DNA of 64,000 nt from Antechinus flavipes (taxonomy: Eukaryota): NCBI RefSeq assembly GCF_016432865.1, contig NC_067400.1, positions 620,620,001-620,684,000 of the forward strand. The letters are read 5' to 3'. Below are positions 36,186-48,028 of this stretch, in pieces. The position numbers were made by a program, and so were the translations under genes. Each line of letters opens with the position of its first letter. The first letter of the stretch is position 1. The notes beneath the pieces were generated by a model. It was not told the origin of the DNA. It did not search any database and saw nothing but the letters and a program-made list of their open reading frames with translations.

Positions 36186-37259
36186 TTTTTGTTTATTTTG
36201 CTTTAATTTTTTTTTACCCCTGGAACACCCTAATTTTGTGAAGAGAATATGGAGGAAATCAGTGGTTTAATAGGATAAGCAAGCTTTTGAAGCATTGATA
36301 TCTTGAGTTCTTAGAAGAAGAGAGCCAACTCTGAGATCTGGAAGCTATCCGAAGTGCTGCTTGAATTATTAAAGGTTTTTGTGTGGAAAGATTGTACATA
36401 AACTTCAAGATTTTCTTTAGTGCTTCTGAGGAATGTGAAAGGAATCAAAGTGCTGAATACAGAAAAGAATCGTGGTTTATTTAGTTGGTCTTTTAAGGAG
36501 GATCCTAAATAATTGTGGGAATTGCTATCTGGCAGATTAATAGTACTGCTGCAGTAATTCTGTGCTTAGCAGGAACCTTTTCGTGCTAGTATCATAGTAA
36601 GGAGTAGAAATGGAGTGGAGAGAAAGATTCATTTAGCACCATGGCTAGAAAAAACAACTAACTAGCTTAATCATAATGTTCATTAGCATATGCAATTATT
36701 AACTAACTTCATTAATTATTCATGTAATTATTAACTAGTTTCATTATTAATTAACTGGTTTTGTTAACATATAAAGTACTTTCAAACCTTAAGGCAATAT
36801 ATATAATATGTATGAACGTATATGTGCAAATAAGTTATCATGATGATTACTGTTATTATTGTTTTTGCTATCATTATTACCAATGGCAACAAATGATCTG
36901 TTTTGCTTTTGTTACTAATTGTGATGGCATTAAGAACATGCAAAGGCAGTGTGTATCAGGAAAGTGTCAAGAAGAAGAGTGGAGATTGTTGCAACCCTTA
37001 ACAGAATGGAACTATTTGGAAGAGTTATTATTTCATAGAAAATGATTTGCATTAGACAATTATAGATTCAAAGGGGAAAGGACCCGAAAAATACAGTTTA
37101 GTGACAATAGTTTCAACTTGGCTCAAAAGTGGTTGTAAAGAACAACATGAAAGAAAAAAAAATAAAGTGTTTTTCAGAATTGTTACTGCATACAATTCAG
37201 TTATTATTGTTATAAATCAGAATAAAATTTCTTCATTTTACATATTATTAAAATGGCAC

Positions 37260-37485
37260 AGAGGAGCTAGGTGGTGCAGTGGATAGCATCCCGGGCCAGG
37301 AGTCAGAAAGACTTATCTTTATGAGTTCAAACCTAGCCTCAGATACTTACTAATTGTGTGACTGCAGACAAGTCTGTTACCCTGTTTGCCTCAGTTTCCT
37401 CATCTGTAAAGTGACTTGGAAAAGGAGATGGCAACCACTCCAGTATCTCTGCCTAGAAAATACCAGAATTGGCCACAACTAAAAC
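37260..37485 (+). mobile_element. Mar1-type CORE-SINE (copy A; paralog at 50874-51100)
   Basis: gaggagctaggtggtgcagtggatagc...gcctcagtttcctcatctgtaaa...ggcaaccactccagtatc. Confidence 0.8.
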
Positions 37486-37899
37486 ATGGACTAAAAAATA
37501 AAAGAAATGGGAATCATAAAGTTTGAATAATTTGTCCAAATTCATACTAGTAATAAGTGACAGAGGAGCAGAAGATGAGTTCAGAGTTCTGTGCACTGAC
37601 TCAGACTACCTCAAGGTGAACTTTTAGACAAGGGAAGATTGTTGTTGAATTAATAGAGATTCTGGAGATGCTCACCTTAATAAGGTGAACTTATATTGAT
37701 GTGAAAAAAGAGTGTTTAGACTTTCTGAGACAATCGAAGTTCCACTTCTAGAAAACAATTATCAAAAATGCTGCCTCATCATTTATTGCCCTAGTGATTA
37801 GTTTTGGAAAAGAAAACTTTTTTTTGGGGGGGGAAGAGGGACTATCAAAGCAACCAATTCTTTCATTTTCCAGTTTTATTAAAAAGTAACCAACCATCT

Positions 37900-38838
37900 C
37901 TACTTCGGAGACATTCTTTCCTCTCCCGTTAATTTCCTTAATGCCATCTTCACATCTTTGTTCCGAAGGCTGTAGATGAGGGGGTTGAGCATAGGTGGAA
38001 GGATACCATACAGCATAGAAATGAGCTTGTCCTGATCCTGGTTGGTCTTGTCCTGGGGAATCATGTACACAGATATCGCTGTGCCATAGAAGATAACTAC
38101 CACTGTTATGTGGGAGCTGCAGGTAGAGAAAGCCTTCTTTCGACCCTCTGCTGAATGCATTTTCAGCACAGCCCCAAGGATGCGCCCATAGGAGGCAAGG
38201 ATGAAGGCAAAGGGTGTGAGGAGAGTCAGGGAACTGGTGGCCATCATCAACCACTCGTAAAACTTCAGATCATTGCAAGCACGCTTGAGGATGGCCAAGA
38301 GTTCGCAAGAAAAGTGATTGATCATGTGATGGCCACAGAACTCCAGTGGCATTGTAAGGGTTGGAACCACAGTCAGAAGAAAGGCTGCCACCCAGGAAAC
38401 CACTGCTAGCTTGACACAGAGCTGGGGACTCATCCTAACTGAGTAGCGTAGTGGGTCGCCAATGGCGATGCAACGATCATAGGCCATGACGGCCAGTAGG
38501 AGGCATTCCACAACCCCAAAATAAAGGCCGGCACACATCTGGGCCATACACTGGCCCAGGGAGATGGAGGGAATCTTGACCAAGCAGTTGATGAGCACCT
38601 GAGGCACACTAGATGAAGTATAGCACATGTCCAGAAAGGATAGATTACTGAGGAAGAAATACATGGGAGTATGGAGGCGGGAATCATAATGGATCAAGAA
38701 GAGAATGAGACTGTTCCCAAGTAATATGATAAGATAGGACATTAAGAGCAAGCAGAAGAAGATGACTTGGGCTCTGGGATACTCTGAGAGTCCAACTAGA
38801 ATAAAATAGGTCACATCTGTTTCGTTTCCTTCATCCAT
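37900..38838 (-). CDS. OR13H1-like: Olfactory receptor OR-4 (OR13H-like), 312 aa, intact
   Basis: All OR motifs present. Start placed at MDEGNET (ATG 38838) by paralog alignment and an acceptor ctgctctgttttcctgcag| 19 nt upstream. The ORF-track extension to 38880 is intronic. Confidence 0.95.
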   Translation of the reverse strand: MDEGNETDVTYFILVGLSEYPRAQVIFFCLLLMSYLIILLGNSLILFLIHYDSRLHTPMYFFLSNLSFLDMCYTSSSVPQVLINCLVKIPSISLGQCMAQMCAGLYFGVVECLLLAVMAYDRCIAIGDPLRYSVRMSPQLCVKLAVVSWVAAFLLTVVPTLTMPLEFCGHHMINHFSCELLAILKRACNDLKFYEWLMMATSSLTLLTPFAFILASYGRILGAVLKMHSAEGRKKAFSTCSSHITVVVIFYGTAISVYMIPQDKTNQDQDKLISMLYGILPPMLNPLIYSLRNKDVKMALRKLTGEERMSPK

Positions 38839-41310
38839 GGCCTTCTCTATTCTCAATCTGCAGGAAAACAGAGCAGTCACATTTTTTCCAAATTATAACT
38901 TTTGACAGATATTTGAATATCAGACCAATGAGCCATTTTGACCAACAACTAAGTATCTATAATTTTATAAAGTCCTCCATAAAAAGGCTTTATGAGATTA
39001 TGAAATAGCAACAGTAATAATAATAATAAAAACACCTACTTTCAATATTTTTGGAATGTAATTTTCTACTTGAAAACTTTCTTGATTTCCTCAAATACTA
39101 CTTTCTTCCTTAAGTGTTGTTTAGACATATCATATTAATTATTACATTATATCACATGTCATATCATATTCTGTTATATGTTATATTATACATGCATACA
39201 TGTACATATTTGCTCTATGGGTATTTAGGTATGTACAAATCTCATTAATTGATTTCTTTTTTTTTTTTCTCTTAGATATTTCCTCATATATCATATATCT
39301 AACTTATTTAGCTCATACCTTAAATCCTTTCCATTTGGTAGGACTCACTATTACTTAAAGTTTACTAACATAGACTTCAAGAGTCCAATATCAACCTTCA
39401 TGTGTTAAGAAATCCACGTGGAACTTTTATGGATATAAGGGATTAAAACAACGAGAGAACCAATTTATATATTCACATATGAAACAACTACAGAGGAGGT
39501 AGAGAAAATATGAAATACTGGCAAGAGGACTGATCTAGAAGTCGAGTCCTAAATGCCAATAAATTTTATTGCTAACTTGTTTATTTTGTCAGTCTGTTGT
39601 TTAGTCATTATGTCTGACTTTTTGTGACTGTATTTGGGGTTTTCTTGGCAAAAATACTGGAGCAATTTGCCATTTTCTTCTCAACTCATTTAATAGTTGA
39701 GGAAAACTGGTAACTCTCTGAGGCCAAATTTGAACTCAGGAAAATGAGACTTCTTAATTCCAGATCTGCTATTCTTATCCACAATGCCAGTTACCCAACC
39801 AACTTAGTATTTACTTAGGAATAAATTTACTTCCATTGGCTAGCAAAAATGGTCTCAGTTTTCAAGCTTAGTAGTGCAGACATAGAATTGTAATAAGAAG
39901 CAATACTTGGCTTAGTGCCCCAGCTCCATCACTTATTAGACATAGAACCTGAAGTCAAATGCCCTCTCACCCTTTCCTTCTTTATCTGTAAAATGTGAAT
40001 AGTAATATGGTCACTACATAATTTGTAGGTTTTGTTGTATATCTGAAAAAGTGATGAACATAAAATGCTATATGAATATGAACTATTACTTTTTGGGAGG
40101 AAAGGAGGCAATTCCATTCAAAGTATGTCCCAAGTGATTACATCATAAGGTAATTGGAATGCCTAACTGATCCCAAAGTATTGGGAAAAAACCCTTTGTC
40201 ATTGGGATTGAAATGGGCCATGCCATCAGGTTTATATCACCTTTATGTAGATACCTTGTTATGTAGAGACTGTTTATTATTTAAAAGAAAATTTGTCTGG
40301 AAGGGTGTGAGTCTGTTTAGGCTGTCATTCACTTGAGTACAGATGGCATCCAAGACAGGAATCACAAGAATTTGATTCTAACTCCAGTTTGACATCAAAG
40401 GGCTAGGGCAATATTTATATAGCACAGCATAGATAGATAGAGAGAGAGAGATAGAGAGATAAATTGGATGGATAGATTCAGATGAAGAGATGTTTATAGA
40501 TATATATTCATATACAGATCTCTATATATCTATATATATCCATCTTTCTTCATATCTCTATATATTTATAGTTATATAGAGAGATAATATTTATATATAG
40601 TGTCTTCCATGTGCCAAGCACTATGTCTTTAAGCCCTTTTTACTAATATAATCTCATTTGATCCTCAAAACCAATTTGAGAATTTATTATTGTTATATTA
40701 TTATTATCATAATTTCATAGACTGAGACAAATAGAGATTAAATGGCCTTGCCCTGGGTTATATAAATATCTGAGCCTGGATTTGAATTCTGGTCTTCCTA
40801 CCTCTAGGTTTAGAGCTTTACTTATAACTAACTCAAACTCATTGTATCATTCAACAAGTTACTCTTTCTTTCTGATTCAGTTTCTTCATCTGTAAACTGA
40901 AGGGGTTGTTCTATATGATTTTAACATGTCTCCTTGTTCTGATTTTTTATGTTTTGATTTCCAACAATCCAGTTAGTTCATATTTCTCTAGTCTAAATTC
41001 TAAATTCGCTTCTATGTTGAACATTCTGCATTTAGGAACTAAATTTCCTTATAGCTCTAACATTTTCTTTTCCATGATCCATTACTTTCCAGTTTTGTCC
41101 TGTGATTGACATTTTGAGGCTTCTGTATTATCCATGGTATTTGTATTCTAGTTATGTTATTCTAAATTACCCTGTAAGTTGTACTATGTCATACTCTGTA
41201 CAAATTTTTTCTTTATATAATTCCAATATGGGTCAATCACTGTATATGTAAAGGTAAAGAGGAAACAAGAAAGGGACAAGAATAATGAAAAAAAAATGGA
41301 AAATTCTTAC

Positions 41311-41345
41311 CAGGAAGAAATAGCAGAGTAATTGATGGGTTCAAC
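41311..41345 (-). other. Predicted 35-nt 5'UTR micro-exon of OR-4
   Basis: cctccttttctctag| acceptor and CTG|GTAAGA donor. Both are retained in copy B. Confidence 0.4.
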
Positions 41346-44300
41346 CTAGAGAAAAGGAGGCCAATTCAAGGGTCTTCCTCAATAAGCATTTGAAAAGCTT
41401 AAAATGAACTAAGCAATTCTTCTGATCAGTGCCTGGACAATAAATATATCACTAAATGAAATCGAGTGGTGTTTCTGAAATATGAGCTTCAAACTAAGTT
41501 CTTTTGACTTCAGATCTTTCATGGAGGCAGAGTTATTTGGAAAGAGCCCAGAATTTGGAGCCATGACATTGGTTTGTCTTCGCTCTGCAATGACATTGGT
41601 TTGTCGTCACCCTCCAATTTCTTAGCAGTTTTATAATTAGTAAGACATTCCTTTTATCTTCTTCAAAAAATGGGGTTGGATTTCATCTCATTGTTAGTGG
41701 AAAAAAGGATTGGACACAGATATAAGGAGACATATGTTCAACTTCCAACTTACAAACTTTATGACAATGCGCAAATCAGTTCAATTTTCTGACACTATTT
41801 CCTCAATCATAAAATAGAAACATTTGTTGCATTCTTTTGTCAATTTGTCATTAAAAACAAAATATTCATTACCTTATTACCCATGTGTTGCATGGACCTC
41901 ATCTAAGGTCATTATGGATTTTGAGAAGATCCAGGCATAGTAATTGCACAGCCATACACTGAACATCCATGGATAGAAGAGGGATTCAGAGGTCAAAGAT
42001 CTCTTATTAGCTAATAGGTTGTCCATAGTTTATCTATATCTTCATCTTTGAAGACCTTCTGATATTCCATTTTTGAATCCTTTAGTCAACCCATAGGAAG
42101 TCATTCTTCATTGAGCAAAGCATTGTCACATCTGGACAGAGATGATGACTTTATAGACTCTTGGAGGAAAATGATTTGTTTTTTGAAAAAATAATTCTAC
42201 CTTTCCCTTCAGAACAATACTGTGTTCTATTAACTCCAAATGGAGAGATAAGTCATTCTAGGCAAGCCAAGGGTTGATATCAACCTTGAAACTCCCTTTG
42301 CAGGAGGTCCTGCCTCTTTGTAATTTGTAGAATCAGAAATTTGGTACCTTTATCTTGAAAAAATATTGCAATGTTGGTTTGCCTCAAAATACTATAGTAT
42401 ATGTATGTATATATATGCACACACACATAAATCTCACATCATTGAAAGGAATGTTAGAAATCAATTGTAGAACTCCAGCTTCCTACCCATTGTAGGTTGT
42501 ATGTTCATGGTATTCCTCACATATTGTCATCCAGGATACTGCATCTTATTTTTCTCTATGTGTCTGCAAAGATGGTGGTCCCTTAGTTCTATAATGAAAT
42601 CTTTCCTCCTTTACATCTCCAAAAATCCTCAGCTGCCTTCTAGACACAGGTCATCTGCTGCCTTTTGCACAAAACTTTCTTCTCCCCAGTTGCTAGATTT
42701 CTCTCCCTAAATCACTTTCTGTGATTTGAATTTGCTTATTTGTATAAAGGCCATATTCTCCCCAAAGAAATAAAAGTCCCTTGAGGTCGGGGACATGGAT
42801 TGCTCATGTCTAACAAAGTTCTTTGCACACAGTAAGAACTTAATTTGTGTTCATTGAAGTGAAATGATATGAATCCACGATCTTCCTAAATACTTTTTCT
42901 GATGAGGGGCTCACTATTTGAAAGGTAGCTAAATTCTCCATCTTAACATTTTATTTTTATAGTGAGTCAATATCTGCTTCTCTATTACTTATAGAGTCAA
43001 AGAATCATAGTATTTCAGAGTGTAAGGGACCTTAGAGGTTTTCTAATGTAGTCACTTCGATTTATAGGTGGGTGAACTGAGCTCCAAAGAGGTCAAGTGA
43101 TTGTTCTGAAATGACAAAGACAGTAAATATTATGGCCAGAACTCAGAGCAAATTTTGAAAGTTCAAGTTCAGTGCTCTTTTCACTATATCATGTTCCTAT
43201 TTTCCTCTTGGATTTACACATATCCTATTTAGATTTCCACATGAGAAACCTTTGGATTTCTGAAAGCAGTGATCATCTCCTTAGCAGTGTTTTCTTTTTC
43301 AAGCTCAATGTCTCCAATTATTCCAATCAATGCCAAATCACTCTGGTTTATTCTCCTGGGAATACTAGCCACAGCTACCAGGATGTGCTACAGCTTTTCT
43401 CTCTCTCTTTCTCTGGGTATAATACAACATGTGACACTAAATCAAAATCATGCACAAATGATAAATAGCACTTTAATTGAAATGTTGAATCTGATATCAG
43501 AAATACCTGAATTCATATATAGCTTCAGATACTCACTAATTGTTTGGTCCTGGAAAAATGACTTAATCTCTCCTTAAAGACTCAGTTTTTTTCATATGTA
43601 AAATAGGGATAATAATAGCACTTACATCCTAGGGTGGTTGTTTTTATATAAAATGAAGTAATACTTTAAGGCATTTTATAAACCTTAAATTATTATTATT
43701 TGTCATTATTATTACTTGTCATGTGCCAGCTTATTTCATTCAGTTAAAAACTTATTTCCCCAGGGAGAAAAACACATTCAAGTTAACCAAAGATTCATTT
43801 AAAGCAGGCAGTCTGAAGCAGGTCCTACCTCCTCAGTGGTATGTTTAGCAATAACATGTTCCTTCTAGAAAGTGAATGCAGGTATTCATGGAGCTGTAGC
43901 TAAATATAAGAAGAACACCAAAAGATAGCATAGTATAAGAGCAAATTTACTGGGATCATTGCCAAGGAATAAATGGCAGTTCTACTCACTATTGGGAGTA
44001 ACCATGAATCCCAGATTGGCTATTAAGACATAAAGGGTATCACTACATTTCTCTTCACTTCCATATTCTAATGTATAAAAGTATGAGGTTGGTCTGAAAG
44101 GACCATTGACGCTCTAAATTCTATGTTCTGTATTCATTCTTGCTCTGACACTCTACATTCTAGGTTAATGAAATTCTCTTAAGTATTAACATTGTATTCT
44201 CTAAAGTATCTCTATATTGTGTTCTAATAAACACATTGTATATGGATATTCTCTTCTAGTTCTGATATTTCATTCTTTTATGAAAATGGATCTAACAAGA

Positions 44301-44455
44301 AAGTTTAGCTTTCTCTTTAATCCATACCTTTTTTCATATTCACAATCCTCTGTGATCCACCTCTCAACATTCTCTTTCATTTCCTTTTTGAAAGTATCAC
44401 TGACTGAACAAATAAAAGGGAATAGAAGAGAAGATATCTCTGGTTTAGCCTCATG

Positions 44456-44935
44456 CCTCACCTTTGTAACTCCACTACCCACTACCCTCAAAAAACTTGT
44501 ACCTAGAATAAGAAATCTGTGGCAATATGGGTAGCTACAAGATGCCAGAAAACAGTGGGTCTCAGTCTCACAAAAGTAAAAAAAATGTTTATAAAACTGG
44601 ATCTTCAGATAGTTCCCCAAGACCAAATTTTAGTCTTTTTCTACCTAACTTTTCCTTTCCAAACAGTACTACTCATCCTATCCACCACACACCACATGCA
44701 CATACAATTTCAGGGAAATCTTTTAGTGATGGAAGACTGGCACCTGGCTGGAACCACTGCAAAAGGAGAAGAATAATTGGGGAAGGAGGCAAAATTGACT
44801 GTCATTTCTCCTCCTTTTTGACTCCAGAGATTTCAGGAAAGGGCTTCCATGGGGCAAAGTGCTCATTAAAATCTAAAGTCTTGAGATTCCCTTGGGAATT
44901 CAGAGCAAACTTTCTAACAGCCATTAGTGGAGTAG
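44456..44935 (-). promoter_or_regulatory. OR-4 promoter and non-coding first exon module
   Basis: TCATTA at 44863-44868, TAATTG at 44774-44779, full EBF palindrome ATTCCCTTGGGAAT at 44886-44899, donor AAG|GTGAGG at 44456-44461. Confidence 0.75.
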
Positions 44936-45202
44936 TTTTGGAAAACGTTATCTGATAAGCTTAACAGAAAAAAAAAAGTAATTCAGCTAAACAGTAAACC
45001 AGAGAAAGCATAGGTTAAAGGTTTGCCCAGAAACACATAGCTAGTAAATGTCTGAAGTTATTTGAAATCAAATCTTTCTGACTTCACATCTGGTACTCTA
45101 CCCACTGCACTGCCTAGATGCTTCTAGTTGATCAATGGTGTTGACCCCTTAAGGCAGCATTTTATTTTTATTATACTTATATTCTTGCATTTGGACCCCA
45201 TC

Positions 45203-45774
45203 AGTTTGTTCCCTGAAAGTGTATAGAATTTTTCATGATGAGTCATTTAGAATTGTCTTATATCATTGTATTGTAGAGAATAGTTAAGTGATTCATAATT
45301 TTCTTTCAATTTGGTTAATCTTTCCTTTGATTTTCAAAATTTTGGTATTTACATTTTTTGAAATTTTAAATTATTTTTTTCTGTTTTTTTTAGTTGCATG
45401 CTTAGTCAATGATCTGCACTTTTCTAATTTTATTGATATAATAATTTAGAGATATAAATTTTCATCTAAATACTGCTTTGGATGCAATGTATAGATTTTT
45501 GTATGTTGCTTCATTGTTGTCATCCTTTAATTAAATCATAGATTGTTTCTTTGACTCATTAATTCTTTAGGATTTGATTATTTGGTTTCCAATCTTTTTA
45601 AATCTATTAATCTAAAATTTATTCATTTTATTGCATAAATTCATTACATTATGATCTGAAAAAAATGCATTTTAATATTTCTGATTTTTTTTATTTTGTT
45701 GTAAGGTTTTATCCCCTAATATATGATCCATTTACAGTCAAGAAAAAGATATACTTCTATTACTAATCAGTTTT

Positions 45775-45817
<43 letters not shown>

Positions 45818-47984
45818 ATCTGTGAGGGAGGAGCTCCAGAAAATGTTGGCACCACCAAAGTAGATGCCTCAAAGATTTATTGCTAGCACCATGAAACAGC
45901 CTGTTTTGCATAGGTTGCACTTTGTTCCATGCCTGATTCCATTATATCTAACTTTTCAAAAATTTCATTTAATTTCTTAGTGTTTCTCTTATTTTATGAC
46001 TAGATTTATCTAGTTCTGAAAGATGGAAGTTGAGTTCTCCCATAAATATAACTATTAACTTTTCCTTTAAAAATTTGAATGCTATGCCATTTTATGCCAT
46101 TTAGTGCATGTATGTTTAATATTTATATTAATTTACTATCTATACTATCCTTTATCAAAATGTAGTTTTCCTACTTATCTTTTAATTAAGACTGTTTTTG
46201 CTGTTCCTTTGTATGAGATCATGATTGTTACCCCCTTATTTTAAGCCTTAGCTGAAGCATAATAAATTCTGTTCCAGCTTCAATTATCTTTACTCTGTGT
46301 GTAGTACTCTGCTTTAAATGCATTTCTTATAAATAGCACATTGTTGGATTCTGTTTCTTAAATCTTGTTATTGGCTTTCATTTTATGAGTGAGTTTATCC
46401 CATTCCCATGCACAATTATAATTACATCTATGTATTTCCCCTCATATTATTTTTTCACTGTTATCCTTCTCCATCTCCCACTTCTGTCTATCTCACTCTC
46501 CTTTACTTCCTCCTTCCCTCTTTCTTTCTTTCTCTCTCTGTCTGTCTCTGTGTCTCTGTCCTATCATTCCTCAAATGTCTGTTTGGGTTCAAGCTATGAG
46601 ATCTCTATCATCCTTTTCTTCCATCACCATTATCCTGAATTTCTTTTAGCCCATTCTTGTCCCATTTCCCTGTACAGTAAGATAGACTTCTCGTTTTGAG
46701 ATAATTCTGATAAGAGTAAGGTTCAAACTTTGATTATCACCCCCTCCATTTTTCCCTCCTTTGTAACAGCTCTTCCTTTCATAACTCTTTTATGTGGGAT
46801 AAGTTTGCTTATTATTCCTCATAATTCTTTCTTTTAGTACATCCCTCTTTCTCACCAATCAATTTTATTATTATTTAAAAATATCATTCCATTAGAGTTA
46901 ATTTATACCCACATCCTCTTGTCTATATATACTCCTGTTAAATGCATAAATAAGGATAAAGTTCCTAGAAGTTACAATTATCATCTTCCCATGTAGGAAT
47001 GTAAACATTTTAGCTTTATTGGTTTCCTTATGATATTGCTCTTTTTTGTTCATAAGGGATGCTTAAAAATCCTATCTCAGTATTTTAGGATGGAGCCAAG
47101 GTGGTGGAGAGCAGACATGTTACCTGTGACTTCCTCTGAGCTTCCCTCAAATTGAGTAGATTTAGCCTCTAAACTGGTTTTGGAGTGACAAAACTCACAA
47201 ATATCTGTAGTACAATAAATTCCAGAAGAAGATACTGTGGAAGAACCTCAGAAAAAGTTTATTTCACTTGGGCAGGGGAAGAGCTGCCAAGCCCAGACCA
47301 GAGAGCAGGAAGATCGGAGTAGGGAGTTAGGGTTGGGAGCCAGGGTGCTGCATCTGTGCAACAGGAATCTACTGAGAGGCTTTTAGGCTATTTTGTCCTG
47401 ATTGCAAGCTGGTAGACACTCAAAAGCAAATACAAAAGGCAAATTGTGAGCCTCTGAGGCCCATAAGAATGTGGGACCTGGCCTTTAAAATCCCCCCAAA
47501 ATTAACCACCAAAATCCTGAAAATCAAAGGTGGAATTGACCAAAATGAAAGAAAATCATTGAACTAATATATATAAAATGAGAAGCTAGTCTTATTTTTA
47601 ATATAATAAATAAATCGATCAATTTGGTTAAAAAGAAAGATCAAATCACCAGTATCAAAAATTAGATGGTTGAAGTGACCACCAATGAAGATAAAATTAA
47701 AGCAATTATTAGAAACACTTTTGCCCAATTATATGCCAATAAATCTAACAATCTAAGAAAAATGAATGAAGCTTGTATCCCAAAATGATCAAAGGAAACC
47801 ATATGTGCAAAAATATTTAAAGCAGCTCTTTTGAGCCCATTTGATATTGGGATTTCCATCTGGGACTGCATATGAATAATTCAACAGGGTACTTAACCAA
47901 GTACCAGCAAAGGGTTTCCCACATTCTCCTTCCAACCAGTTGTCCAACCATACCCTCACACTTCCCCTGCCCACAAGTACACCT

Positions 47985-48028
<44 letters not shown>

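Noticed and set aside
37748-38254. 168-aa alternative-frame ORF overlapping OR-4 (151 aa in OR-5; also 38430-38687 and 52026-52283)
   Set aside because: Same-strand shifted frame of the OR. Its C-terminus differs between the twins through flank indels, and it has no recognisable domain.
44085-44285. 30-35 bp periodic arrays as CRISPR-like repeats
   Set aside because: Mammalian DNA with degenerate tandem units, no unique spacers and no cas genes.
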